Below, in pieces: positions 38,139-48,240 of a stretch of DNA of 64,000 nucleotides. Within the stretch, counting starts at the first letter, position 1. Each line of letters opens with the position of its first letter. The notes beneath the pieces are model-generated. The model was not told the DNA's origin. It saw only the letters and a list, made by a program, of their open reading frames with translations, and did not search any database. Source of the stretch: an uncultured Gammaproteobacteria bacterium. GTDB taxonomy: Bacteria; Patescibacteriota; Microgenomatia; Levybacterales; UBA12049. The position numbers and the translations under genes were made by a program. The stretch lies in NCBI GenBank assembly GCA_964637955.1, contig CAZWXQ010000003.1, forward strand, positions 95,154 to 159,153, read 5' to 3'.

Positions 38139-41100
38139 ATGAAAAAGGTACTTAAACTTATTTGGGATAATATTTTATTCATAGAAACAATATTTCTGTT
38201 AATATTTATTCCACTTTATCCTAAGCTTCCACTTCTGGATATACGAAACACATGGGTGTATATAAGAGCTGAAGATTTTATAGTTTTTTTCGTTTTAATC
38301 TCATGGATCATCCTTTTAATAAAAGAAAAAATCACATTTAAGACTCCACTAACTATTCCAATTCTCCTGTTTTGGATAATTGGTGCTATCGCGACTACTC
38401 ATGGTGTTCTTCTTATCTTTCCTGAAATTTCAAATGTTTATCCGAATGTAGCTTTCCTGAGTCTAGTCAGACATATCGAATATATGAGCGTGTTCTTCAT
38501 CGCGTTCGCAGCGATAAAAACAAAGAAACAACTAAATATCGTTCTTGCAACAGTAGTAGGTACGCTAGTTGGGGTAATATTCTATGGTTTTGGTCAGAAA
38601 TATCTTGGATTCCCTGCATACCTTACAATGAACGAAGAGTTTGCGAAGGGAGTTCCATTGAAGCTGTCTGAATTATCTCGTGTCCCGTCGACTTTTGCAG
38701 GACATTATGATCTTGCAGCATATTTAGTTTTCGTTATTCCAATTCTAATAAGTCTTTTCTTTGGTGTAAAAAATTGGATTATTAAAATTGTGCTGCTCGT
38801 AATTTCATTTTTAGGCTTCATTTTGTTGTTTATGACAGTTTCAAGGGTTTCTTTCGTCGTTTTATTTGCTGCACTTTTGGTAGTTTTCTTTTTTCAAAAA
38901 AAGAAACTTGTTTTGCTTTCAATTCCTCTAGGAATCATATTTGTTGTATTCCTTCTTACTTTCCAGTCATCACTTTTTGATAGATTTAAGAGTACCGTTT
39001 CTGAGGTTGATGTAGTAGTTGATGCGAAAACCGGTGAATCGCTGGGGCATGTTAAGTTTGTAGATAAAGGGTATCTTAAAGATAAATTAGTTCTTCAAAA
39101 CCGAGTTAAGGATAGTAAAGAATTGGCAAAAGCTATTACAGATTTAGAGGGAAATTCCGAATATTATTCATCTTCATCTGCAATACTTCCATTCAGATAC
39201 ATTCCTCCTGAGGTTCCATTAGTTCAATCTGTAAACATATCAAACGGAGAAAGTCTCGGACAAGGAACAGGATATATCAATTTATATTTGTCACCAGTTG
39301 TAAAGAGAATTGGGAATTTTTATTTAGAACTTCCTCCTGATTTCAAATCATCTCCCTCCGCGCAATTTTTAGTGCTTCATGGAGATTTCATTGTAAAAAG
39401 AGCTTCTGCCTATGATTTATCTTTTACGACTAGATTCCAAGGAGAATGGCCGCATGCAATTGAGGCATTTAAGAGAAATGTCCTATTTGGTAGTGGTTAT
39501 GGCTCGGTAAGTCTAGCTGTGGATAATAATTATCTTAGAATTCTTGGGGAGATTGGAATCGTTGGATTCTTATCATTTTTCTTGATATTTCTTAGCCTCG
39601 CAATTTACATCAGGAAAGTTTTTCCAGACATAGATTCAAAATTTGTTAAAAGTTATATTATTGGGTTTGGTGCAGGTGTAATCGGGCTTGCTTTAAATGC
39701 AACTTTAATTGATGTTTTTGAAGCTTCAAAGATAGCATTTCTTCTTTGGATTATGTCAGGAGTTACTTTTGGGGTCCTTCTTTTATATCAAAAAACTAAA
39801 TTTGATCTTTTTGATGAAATTAAAAAAGTTGCCACTTCGACATATGCAATCATTATTTATTTATTCTTTGCATGTCTTCTTTTATTTTCACCTACCTTAA
39901 GTAATTATTTTGTTGGAGATGATTTTACTTGGCTGCGTTGGGCTGCAGATCCACAAGGGTCAAACTTTCTCTCTATTGTCACAAATTACTTTACGAAGTC
40001 AGATGGGTTCTTCTACAGACCAGGAACCAAATTGCTCTTTTATTTAATGTATGAATCATTTTGGCTAAATCAAATCATGTATCATCTAGTTTCGATGCTT
40101 CTTCATTTCAGTGTTGCTGCATTGTTTTATCTTCTTGCAAGAAAGATTTTTAAGAATAATGTCCTTGCAGCTACATCTGCATTTATTTTTGTAATTTTGA
40201 GTGGAACTGCAGAGGCTATTCTTTGGATTTCTTCAATTGGCCACTTGATTACAGCGGCGCTTGGACTTTTGGGCCTATTATTCTTTACTCTTTGGGACGA
40301 AAAGAAGAAAATATATTATTTCATTGGCACTATAATTTCATTTTCTCTAGCACTTCTTTTCCAGGAAATTTCAATCGCATTTCCGCTTCTCATCCCAGCC
40401 TATATTTTATTTAAAGATACTTCACTTGCTTCTCTCAAAAGTGCTCTAAAAAGATGGGACTTTTTAGCCCTGTTTATACCGGTATTAATTTATTTAGGAA
40501 TGAGATTTGTATCTCAAAGTCATTGGACAGGAGGAGATTATAGTTATAATCTTATCCTTTTACCTTTTAATTTCATTGGAAACGCTGTTGGATATGCGTT
40601 ACTAACGTTACTAGGTCCTTTGTCGATCTCGATTTATAACATTCTTAGAAATGTTATGCGAGAGAATATAGTTGTTGCCATTATAGCTTTACCTTTCATT
40701 GCTTTGTTTATATACGCTTCATATAAATTTATCTATAAATCATTAAATAAAAATGAAAAGAGCATTGTTATTTTTGGTCTTCTACTTTTTATAATTACTT
40801 TACTTCCAGTAATTGGGCTTGGCAATATAGCTTCCCGACACGCTTATTTTGCATCAATGGGGTTAGTTCTTGTTTTTGTTCTAGGACTTAAGAAAATATA
40901 TGAATATCTGCTTAGTAGTGGAAAAGAGATTGCGATAGGCACTGTTGTAGTGATATTTTCCGTTTTTGCACTTTTCCATATTATTCAAGTTCAGCAAAGT
41001 TATTTCGAATGGAGAGAAGCTGGAAATAGGGTAAAGAATTTCTTTATCTCCTATGATGCATTATATGAGTCGCAGTGGACAAGCCCTGAGGCACAATTTC

Positions 41101-41342
41101 ATTTTGTAAATGTTCCAACAAAAATCGGAAATGCATGGATATTTCCAGTAGGAATTAATGACGCAGTTTGGTTCGCATTTAGGAATAAAGATGCGAAGGT
41201 TTTTGTGCATCAAGATCTTAAAAATGCACTTGATCAAGCAGGATATTATAAATCCAGGCCAATTCTTCAGTTTAATGAAGATGGTTCTGTAAAACAGATT
41301 GATAAATTTAGAGGAGTACCTCCGGAATTGATAAAGCCGTAG
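38139..41342 (+). CDS. Fusion of an O-antigen ligase (WaaL/Wzy_C)-like domain and a GT-C (DD...YRP) glycosyltransferase domain
   Basis: N-half: R..STF, T.SR, R...W..A...F..N.LFG.G.G, DN.YL..L.E.GI.G. C-half: YFVGDDFTWL, FYRP, QE, RHAYF. One uninterrupted 1067-aa ORF. Confidence 0.78.
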   Translation: MKKVLKLIWDNILFIETIFLLIFIPLYPKLPLLDIRNTWVYIRAEDFIVFFVLISWIILLIKEKITFKTPLTIPILLFWIIGAIATTHGVLLIFPEISNVYPNVAFLSLVRHIEYMSVFFIAFAAIKTKKQLNIVLATVVGTLVGVIFYGFGQKYLGFPAYLTMNEEFAKGVPLKLSELSRVPSTFAGHYDLAAYLVFVIPILISLFFGVKNWIIKIVLLVISFLGFILLFMTVSRVSFVVLFAALLVVFFFQKKKLVLLSIPLGIIFVVFLLTFQSSLFDRFKSTVSEVDVVVDAKTGESLGHVKFVDKGYLKDKLVLQNRVKDSKELAKAITDLEGNSEYYSSSSAILPFRYIPPEVPLVQSVNISNGESLGQGTGYINLYLSPVVKRIGNFYLELPPDFKSSPSAQFLVLHGDFIVKRASAYDLSFTTRFQGEWPHAIEAFKRNVLFGSGYGSVSLAVDNNYLRILGEIGIVGFLSFFLIFLSLAIYIRKVFPDIDSKFVKSYIIGFGAGVIGLALNATLIDVFEASKIAFLLWIMSGVTFGVLLLYQKTKFDLFDEIKKVATSTYAIIIYLFFACLLLFSPTLSNYFVGDDFTWLRWAADPQGSNFLSIVTNYFTKSDGFFYRPGTKLLFYLMYESFWLNQIMYHLVSMLLHFSVAALFYLLARKIFKNNVLAATSAFIFVILSGTAEAILWISSIGHLITAALGLLGLLFFTLWDEKKKIYYFIGTIISFSLALLFQEISIAFPLLIPAYILFKDTSLASLKSALKRWDFLALFIPVLIYLGMRFVSQSHWTGGDYSYNLILLPFNFIGNAVGYALLTLLGPLSISIYNILRNVMRENIVVAIIALPFIALFIYASYKFIYKSLNKNEKSIVIFGLLLFIITLLPVIGLGNIASRHAYFASMGLVLVFVLGLKKIYEYLLSSGKEIAIGTVVVIFSVFALFHIIQVQQSYFEWREAGNRVKNFFISYDALYESQWTSPEAQFHFVNVPTKIGNAWIFPVGINDAVWFAFRNKDAKVFVHQDLKNALDQAGYYKSRPILQFNEDGSVKQIDKFRGVPPELIKP

Positions 41343-41356
41343 CTTTAGATTAGAAT
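41328..41356 (+). promoter_or_regulatory. Promoter TTGATA-17-TAGAAT, 6 nt before ATG 41363 (leaderless-type)
   Basis: -35 at 41328-41333 lies inside the upstream gene; -10 at 41351-41356. Confidence 0.6.
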
Positions 41357-41362
41357 AAATTA

Positions 41363-42838
41363 ATGAAAAGACTGACAATCCTTCTTTTTCTCGGAATTCT
41401 TGCCCTTGGATTTCTTCTTAGACTTTATAGATTTGATAATCCAATTGCAGATTGGCATTCGTGGCGTCAAGTTGATACATCTTCTGTTTCAAGAAATTTT
41501 GCTGAAAATGGATTTGATTTACTTCACCCAAAATATCATGATTTATCAAATGTTCCTTCAGGGAAAGAAAATCCAAATGGTTATAGGTTCGTAGAGTTCC
41601 CAATATATAATGTTTTTCAAGCCGGAGGTTTTAAGTTAATTGGAATCATGTCGCTTGAAGAATGGGGAAGATTGGTGACCATAATCACCTCACTCTTTTC
41701 AATTACTTTCATATTCTTGTTGCTTAGAAAATATGCTGATGACAAAGTGGCCCTTTTTTCATCATTTTTGTTTGCTGTTATTCCTTACAATATTTACTAT
41801 GGTCGAGTTGTATTGCCAGATCCACTTATGGTGACAGCTGTACTTGGTGGAATTTATTTCTTTGATTTATGGATAAATAATGGGAAAAAACTTAATTTAT
41901 CTAAAGAGATTTTATTTGCAATCTTAACTCTTATTTTTACCGTGGGTGCATTTTTACTAAAACCATATGCTTTGATTTTTACACTTCCAATCGTTGCTAT
42001 TGCATACAATGCTTATGGTTTTTCAATGTTTAAAAAATGGAAACTTTGGGTTTTTGGAGTTCTTGCTATTTTGCCATTGGTTTTTTGGAGAATATGGATG
42101 CTAAATTATCCAGAAGGAATTCCTGTAAGCGACTGGCTCTTGAATGGAGGAGGTATAAGATTCAAGGGAGCATTTTTTTATTGGATTTTTGAAAACAGAA
42201 TTGGTGGATTAATTTTAAGTTTCTGGGGAGCGGGACTACTTGTTATGGGGCTACTTATAAATTCTAATTCTGAAAAATCTTATGGATTCAAGAAAGGTCA
42301 AATGCTTATTTTTTGGTCGTTTTTAGTTTCATCATTGGCATATCTAGTTATAATTGCGAGGGGAAATGTTCAACATGATTATTATCAGATTCTAATTATG
42401 CCAACACTTGTAATCTTTGCAGGTCTTGGTGCAAAATTATTCATAGATCCACCTTTTGATTTAATTAAAAAATATGTAAGTTACCCAATGCTTGCGGTTA
42501 TTACTTTTTTCATGATAGCTTTTGGGTGGTACGGTGTTCGAGACTATTTTAATATAAATAGATCCTCAATTTTAGTTGCCGGTGCAGCAGCAGATAGATT
42601 GCTTCCAAAAGACGCTTTAGTAATAGCCAACTACGAAGGAGACACCACATTTCTATATCAAACGAAAAGAAGTGGTTGGGCAAGCTACACAAAGGAGCTT
42701 CCTGAAATGATCAATATGGGTGCAGATTATTTGATTTTAGCGGATCCTAAGGAATCAGATTTAGAATTTGGAAATACCTATAAAATAATAGATCAAAAAC
42801 CAGAATACATAATTTTTGATCTTCATCAAAATCCATGA
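41363..42838 (+). CDS. GT39/ArnT-like GT-C membrane glycosyltransferase
   Basis: WRQVDT..V.RNF, EFPIYN, GR...PD, LLKP, HDYYQ. Confidence 0.82.
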   Translation: MKRLTILLFLGILALGFLLRLYRFDNPIADWHSWRQVDTSSVSRNFAENGFDLLHPKYHDLSNVPSGKENPNGYRFVEFPIYNVFQAGGFKLIGIMSLEEWGRLVTIITSLFSITFIFLLLRKYADDKVALFSSFLFAVIPYNIYYGRVVLPDPLMVTAVLGGIYFFDLWINNGKKLNLSKEILFAILTLIFTVGAFLLKPYALIFTLPIVAIAYNAYGFSMFKKWKLWVFGVLAILPLVFWRIWMLNYPEGIPVSDWLLNGGGIRFKGAFFYWIFENRIGGLILSFWGAGLLVMGLLINSNSEKSYGFKKGQMLIFWSFLVSSLAYLVIIARGNVQHDYYQILIMPTLVIFAGLGAKLFIDPPFDLIKKYVSYPMLAVITFFMIAFGWYGVRDYFNINRSSILVAGAAADRLLPKDALVIANYEGDTTFLYQTKRSGWASYTKELPEMINMGADYLILADPKESDLEFGNTYKIIDQKPEYIIFDLHQNP

Positions 42839-44007
42839 AAATTTTAGTGGTTTCATCATACCTTCCATATCCGTTAATTGATGGAGGAAAAATAAGATTA
42901 TTTAATATTCTAAAAATTTTAAGCGAAAACCATGAAATAACTTTAATTTGCGAAAAAAGGTCAAATCAAACGCAAAAAGATATTGCGGAAGTTTCTAAGA
43001 TTTGCAAAAAAGTTATTTATGTGGAAAGACCAAAAGCATGGTCTATATCTAATGTTTCCAAATCGCTTTTAACATTAGATCCTCTGTTAACAATCACCCA
43101 CTCAAGCAGGGAAATGAAATCTAAAATTTCTCAAGAGTTAAAAAATGAAAACTACGATCTTATTCATATTGAAACTTTTTACGTCATGCAAAATTTACCC
43201 AAAACTAGTATTCCAATTGTTCTTGCGGAGCATAATATTGAATACCAAGTTTATGAAAAATACGCATCCAAGGCATCAATTCTGATTCGTCCTGGATTAA
43301 AGTTTGATATTTTCAAATTAAAAAGACGCGAAATTCAGGCTTGGAAAAGAGCATCTAAAGTAGTTTCTGTTTCTCCAAAAGAACAAAAATTAATTGGTCC
43401 TAAAACAGGTCTAGTGTCAAATGGAGTTGATTTAAATAGATTTAAATTTGTAAAGAAAAATTTAAACAAGAAAGAGAAAAAAGTACTATTCATCGGAAAT
43501 TTTAGTTGGGTTCAAAATCGTGATTCAGTAGCATTCATAATAAGAAATATTTGGCCAAAGATAATTTTAAAAAATGAAAATTATAAGCTTTGGATTGTTG
43601 GGAAAAAAATTCCAGATTCTTTAAAAGTTCTTTCAGATAAATCAATTATTTTTGATGAAAACGCTCCAAGTGAAACTGAACTAATTTTCCAGGAAGCAGA
43701 TCTTCTTCTTTCTCCAATCCGAGTTGGGGGTGGAACCAATTTTAAAATACTTGAATCAATGGCAGTTGGGACGCCCGTGATTACTAGCTTTCTTGGAAAT
43801 GAAGGGTTAAGCGCTCAAAATATGAGTGAAATTTTAATTGCAGAAAAACCCGAAGAGTATGCCAGACTTTCATCGCAAATTCTTAATGATAATTATCTAT
43901 ATGAAAAAATTACTAGAAATGCAAGGACATTTATTGAAGAAAATTATGATTGGGTTAAAATTACTCAAAAATTAGAATCAATTTATAAAGAGGTAGTGAG
44001 AAAATAA
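42835..44007 (+). CDS. GT4 glycosyltransferase
   Basis: PYP..DGGKIR, HNIE, NGVD, P.R.GGGTNFKILESMA.G.PV. Confidence 0.9.
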   Translation: MKILVVSSYLPYPLIDGGKIRLFNILKILSENHEITLICEKRSNQTQKDIAEVSKICKKVIYVERPKAWSISNVSKSLLTLDPLLTITHSSREMKSKISQELKNENYDLIHIETFYVMQNLPKTSIPIVLAEHNIEYQVYEKYASKASILIRPGLKFDIFKLKRREIQAWKRASKVVSVSPKEQKLIGPKTGLVSNGVDLNRFKFVKKNLNKKEKKVLFIGNFSWVQNRDSVAFIIRNIWPKIILKNENYKLWIVGKKIPDSLKVLSDKSIIFDENAPSETELIFQEADLLLSPIRVGGGTNFKILESMAVGTPVITSFLGNEGLSAQNMSEILIAEKPEEYARLSSQILNDNYLYEKITRNARTFIEENYDWVKITQKLESIYKEVVRK

Positions 44008-44048
44008 TCTTTCGACTTCCTTAGGGTTATATTAATTATGTTTGAATT

Positions 44049-44921
44049 ATGAAAAAACTGACAATTTCGATTGTTAATTACAACAGTGGTGAGTATCTGA
44101 TAAATTGTCTTGAGTCGTTGAGAAAAATAAATTCAGAATTAGAATTTGACGTTATCATTCTTGATAATGATTCCAGCGATGAAAGTTTCATTATTGCTAA
44201 AAATAAATTTCCACAATTTGAATTTATAGATAATGAAGATAATTTAGGATTTGGTAAAGCACATAATATAGCTTTAAAAAAAGCAAAAACGTCATATCTG
44301 TTAACGCTTAATCCGGACTGTGAAGTTCCACCTAAAACTCTCAAATTTATTTATGATTTTATGGAGGAAAATTCTGATGTAGGAGTGGCAACGAGTAAGG
44401 TTGAAAAAGCAGATGGAACACTCGATATTGCTTCTCACAGAGGATTCCCGACTCCTAGAGCATCTTTCAAATATTTTTTTCTCAAAGACGATAAAGAGTA
44501 TCACCTGACAGATCGCGATATGAACGAAACACATGAAATCGACTCCGCTGTTGGAGCATTTATGTTTATGAGAAAAGAAGTGCTAGATAAAGTGGGATAT
44601 TTTGATGAAGATTATTTTCTTTATGGAGAAGATTTAGATTTATGTTTTAGGATTAAAAAAGCTGGATTTAAAGTAATCTATATACCGCAGGTAAAAGTGT
44701 TACACATAAAAGGAGTTTCTTCAGGAATTAAAAAGCATAGTCAGAATGTTTCCGGGGCAAATGAAAAAACAAAAAGCTTATCTACTTTTTATTTTTATGA
44801 CACAATGAAGATTTTTTACAAAAAACATTATGCAAAAAATTATCCGGGAATTTTTAACTGGTTTATTTATAGGGGAATTGATCTCAAACTTTTTATGGCA
44901 AAAAGAAAGAAAAATGTATGA
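44049..44921 (+). CDS. GT2 glycosyltransferase (WbbL-like)
   Basis: VNYN, NLGFGKAHN, LNPD, RGFPTP, FDEDYFLYGEDLDLC.R. Confidence 0.9.
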   Translation: MKKLTISIVNYNSGEYLINCLESLRKINSELEFDVIILDNDSSDESFIIAKNKFPQFEFIDNEDNLGFGKAHNIALKKAKTSYLLTLNPDCEVPPKTLKFIYDFMEENSDVGVATSKVEKADGTLDIASHRGFPTPRASFKYFFLKDDKEYHLTDRDMNETHEIDSAVGAFMFMRKEVLDKVGYFDEDYFLYGEDLDLCFRIKKAGFKVIYIPQVKVLHIKGVSSGIKKHSQNVSGANEKTKSLSTFYFYDTMKIFYKKHYAKNYPGIFNWFIYRGIDLKLFMAKRKKNV

Positions 44922-46051
44922 CTATCGGAATTGATGCTAGGCTTTGGAATCAAACTGGAGTAGGAAGATATATAAGAAATTTGACTCTTAATTTACTTGA
45001 TATCGACAAAGAAAATAGTTATGTCTTATTTGTAAGAGCGTTAGATAGAGATGAAATCGAGAGTCAAATTTCTAAATTTAAAATTAAAAATTTAAAATTA
45101 GAAATTGTTATTGCCAATATTGCTTGGCATTCTCTTAAAGAGCAATTAAATTTCCCAAAAATAATTGATAAAGAAAATGTTGACGTAATGCATTTCACTT
45201 ATCAGCAAAGTGTCCCGATCTTTTATAAAAAACCCTATGTAATTACGATTCATGATTTAATAAAACATCATTATATAACCGGAAGATCTTCCACTAATCC
45301 ATATTGGCTTTTGGGATTTAAAATGATTGCGTATAAAACGCTTATAAATATCGGAAGTAAGAATGCAAATAAAATCATTGCTGTTTCCCAGAGTACAAGA
45401 GATGAGATAGTTGATCACCTCACTGTCAATAAAAGAAATATAGATGTAATTTATGAAGGGGTTGATGATTTTAAAATCTCAAAACCTGGAAAAAATGAAA
45501 TTGGGGATTATTTTTTATTTGTTGGAAATGTGTTTCAGCATAAAAATACAAATAATCTCATTAAAGCTTTTAAAAAAGTAATAGAAGCAAAAGATGTTAA
45601 ATTAGTTTTTCTTGGGAGACAGGATTATTTCTTAGAAAAACTTAAAAAGGATGTTAAAAAATTAATTGATTCAAATCAGATAATGTTTATAGAAAGTGCA
45701 AGCGATAGTGAAATGGCCACTTTGTATAAAAACTCAATCTGCTTGATTCGTCCATCTTTTATGGAGGGTTTTAGTCTTCCTCCTCTTGAGGCTTTTGAAT
45801 CTGGTACTTTGGCACTTGTTTCTGATATTCCAGTACACAAAGAAATTCTTAAAGACTTTGCAATTTATTTTAATCCGAGAGACTTCGTTGACATGGAAAG
45901 CAAAATGAATTATGTTTTAAGTCTAGATAAAAAGAAGCGCGAAGCAATGATTAAAAATGGCAAGAATCTTGCAGATAAATTTTCTTGGAAAAAAACAGCA
46001 GAAGAGACGCTTAAAGTTTATGAAAATATATTTTCTTTAAATTCAATCTGA
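44918..46051 (+). CDS. GT4 glycosyltransferase (MtfB-like)
   Basis: IGIDAR..GVGRY, TIHDL, HKN, PSFMEGFSLPPLEA, FSW. Confidence 0.9.
   Translation: MTIGIDARLWNQTGVGRYIRNLTLNLLDIDKENSYVLFVRALDRDEIESQISKFKIKNLKLEIVIANIAWHSLKEQLNFPKIIDKENVDVMHFTYQQSVPIFYKKPYVITIHDLIKHHYITGRSSTNPYWLLGFKMIAYKTLINIGSKNANKIIAVSQSTRDEIVDHLTVNKRNIDVIYEGVDDFKISKPGKNEIGDYFLFVGNVFQHKNTNNLIKAFKKVIEAKDVKLVFLGRQDYFLEKLKKDVKKLIDSNQIMFIESASDSEMATLYKNSICLIRPSFMEGFSLPPLEAFESGTLALVSDIPVHKEILKDFAIYFNPRDFVDMESKMNYVLSLDKKKREAMIKNGKNLADKFSWKKTAEETLKVYENIFSLNSI
45074..45108 (+). repeat. Five tandem 7-nt units AAATTNN inside a GT4 gene
   Basis: aaattta-aaattaa-aaattta-aaattag-aaattgt, translated KFKIKNLKLEI. Confidence 0.7.
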
Positions 46052-46069
46052 TATCTTCTTAAGACAGAA

Positions 46070-47149
46070 ATGAAAGTTGCGATAGTTTATGACAGGTTAA
46101 ATAAGTGGGGTGGTGCAGAAAGAGTTCTCTTAGCGCTGCATAAAATATTTCCAGAAGCTCCTCTTTTTACCTCAGTTTACAGTAAAGATGGAACTGCTTG
46201 GGCGGATTCTTTCGATGTGAAACCATCTTTTCTTCAGAATTTAAAATTTATGCAAAAACATAATGAAATGCTTGCGCTTCTAATGCCAGTTTCATTTGAG
46301 TCATTTAATTTTGATGAGTATGATTTGGTTATTTCTGTAACGAGTGAGTCTGCAAATGGAATTATTACTAAGCCTGGTACACTTCATGTTTGTTACTGTC
46401 TCACCCCCACAAGGTACCTGTGGAGCGGGTATGATGAGTATTTTAGAGGAGGATTTATGAAAACTATGTCATTGCCTGCGTTAAAATACTTGAGGCGATG
46501 GGATAAATTATCTTCTTCTAGGCCTGATGATTATATTGCTATATCTACTGAGGTGAAGAATAGAATAAAGAAATTTTATGATAAGGATTCCGAAATAATT
46601 TTCCCGCCAGTTATGATTGATCAAAAGGTTTTAAAAAAAGAAAAAAGCGAGGATTTTTATCTCCTAGTCTCAAGATTGTCGCGTCTTTCTTATTATAAAA
46701 AGGTTGATTTGGCGATCGATGCATTTAATAAAACTGGTTTAAATCTGAAAATTGTTGGAAGTGGTCCACTTGAAAAAAAACTTAAGAAAAATGCACGAAG
46801 TAATATAGAATTTTTAGGGCATTTGACAGATGATGCACTTAGCTATTACTATGAAAAGTGCAAAGCTTTAGTGTTTCCAGGTCTCGAAGATTTTGGACTC
46901 GTAATGGCAGAAGCACAGTTATTTGGAAAGCCTGTTATAGCATATGGAGCAGGTGGAGCTCTTGATATAGTAAAAGATGGAAAGACTGGAAAATTGTTTT
47001 ATAAGCAGGAAACAGATGTGCTTGTCAATGCATTGAAAAGCTTCGATGAAAGTGTTTATAATAAGCGGGATATTCAAGAAAGCGCGAAGAGATTTAGCTT
47101 TGAAAAGTTCAAGTTAGATTTAGAAAATTATATAAGTAAAAGAATATAA
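46070..47149 (+). CDS. GT4 glycosyltransferase (WbaZ-like mannosyltransferase)
   Basis: GGAERVL, YCLTPTRYLW, YKKVD, EDFGLV..EA...GKPVIA..GGA. Confidence 0.9.
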   Translation: MKVAIVYDRLNKWGGAERVLLALHKIFPEAPLFTSVYSKDGTAWADSFDVKPSFLQNLKFMQKHNEMLALLMPVSFESFNFDEYDLVISVTSESANGIITKPGTLHVCYCLTPTRYLWSGYDEYFRGGFMKTMSLPALKYLRRWDKLSSSRPDDYIAISTEVKNRIKKFYDKDSEIIFPPVMIDQKVLKKEKSEDFYLLVSRLSRLSYYKKVDLAIDAFNKTGLNLKIVGSGPLEKKLKKNARSNIEFLGHLTDDALSYYYEKCKALVFPGLEDFGLVMAEAQLFGKPVIAYGAGGALDIVKDGKTGKLFYKQETDVLVNALKSFDESVYNKRDIQESAKRFSFEKFKLDLENYISKRI

Positions 47150-47151
47150 AT

Positions 47152-48237
47152 ATGAAAGTTGTTATTTTTGCAGGGGGAGTAGGAACAAGACTTTGGCCAT
47201 TGAGCCGAAAAAATTCCCCAAAGCAATTTGAAAAAATTGTTGGTGATAATTCGATGATTCAAATTGCGGTAAATAAATTAATGCCCGATTTCTCGTGGAA
47301 CGATATTTACATCTCTACGGGTAAAGACTATGCAAGTTTGTTAAAAGATCAGCTTCCAAATCTTCCTGAAGAAAATATTATAGTTGAGCCTGCAACTCGT
47401 GATGTAGGTCCAGCGGTGGGTTTAGTTACAGCAAAATTTGTTAAAGAGTTTCCAGATGAGCCTTTTGCGATTCTTTGGGGAAGTGACCATTTGGTAAAAG
47501 AGGAAGATTTATTTAGAAGAACACTTCTTGCTGCAGAGCAAGTGGTTAAAGACGATTCGAATAAGATCGTATTTGTAGGTCAAAAGCCAAGATTTGCAAG
47601 TCAGAATTTGGGATATATAGAATTTGGCGATAAAATATCTGAAGTAAATGGAACTTCTGTTTTTGAATTTAGCGGATTTAAGTATAGACCCGACCTTGAA
47701 ACAGCGGAAGAGTTTTTAAATGATGGAAAGCACTCATGGAACTTGGGTTACTTCGTAACTACTCCTAAATTTCTTTGGAAATGTTTTGAGCAGTCAGAGC
47801 CAGGTCTTTTTGCTCAGCTTTCAGAAATTAATAAAGCTGTTGGAACTGATAAATTTGACCAAGTTTTAAATGAAATTTATCCTACCATTGATAAGATTTC
47901 ATTTGATAATGCAATTTTAGAGAAACTTGATAAGAAATTTGGAAATGTTATTTCAGTAGATATGGGATGGAGCGATATTGGGGCATGGGAAGCATTAAAA
48001 GAGGCTCTCTCTGAATCCGCGGATGAAAATGTTACGAAAGGACACGTCATGATTGAAGATTCACGTGACAGCTTGATGTTTAATTATACTAAGCAACTTG
48101 TTGTAGGAATTGATTTGGAAGAAATGCTCGTAATTAGTACTGATGATGTTGTCTTGGTGTGCCCCAAAACTTCGGTTCCAAAAATAAAAAAACTTGTTGA
48201 GAGTTTAGCAGGAACTCCCCTTGAGCATCTTACTTAA
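47152..48237 (+). CDS. manC: Mannose-1-phosphate guanylyltransferase (no PMI cupin domain)
   Basis: AGGVGTRLWPLSR..PKQF, EP..R, SDH, GYI, WN.G, ISFD.AI.E, WSDIG.W. Confidence 0.88.
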   Translation: MKVVIFAGGVGTRLWPLSRKNSPKQFEKIVGDNSMIQIAVNKLMPDFSWNDIYISTGKDYASLLKDQLPNLPEENIIVEPATRDVGPAVGLVTAKFVKEFPDEPFAILWGSDHLVKEEDLFRRTLLAAEQVVKDDSNKIVFVGQKPRFASQNLGYIEFGDKISEVNGTSVFEFSGFKYRPDLETAEEFLNDGKHSWNLGYFVTTPKFLWKCFEQSEPGLFAQLSEINKAVGTDKFDQVLNEIYPTIDKISFDNAILEKLDKKFGNVISVDMGWSDIGAWEALKEALSESADENVTKGHVMIEDSRDSLMFNYTKQLVVGIDLEEMLVISTDDVVLVCPKTSVPKIKKLVESLAGTPLEHLT

Positions 48238-48240
48238 TTT

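Noticed and set aside
38139-39850. LPS O-antigen ligation
   Set aside because: No lipid A, Kdo or heptose genes in the window, and the likely lineage is thought to lack LPS; a non-LPS acceptor is more plausible.
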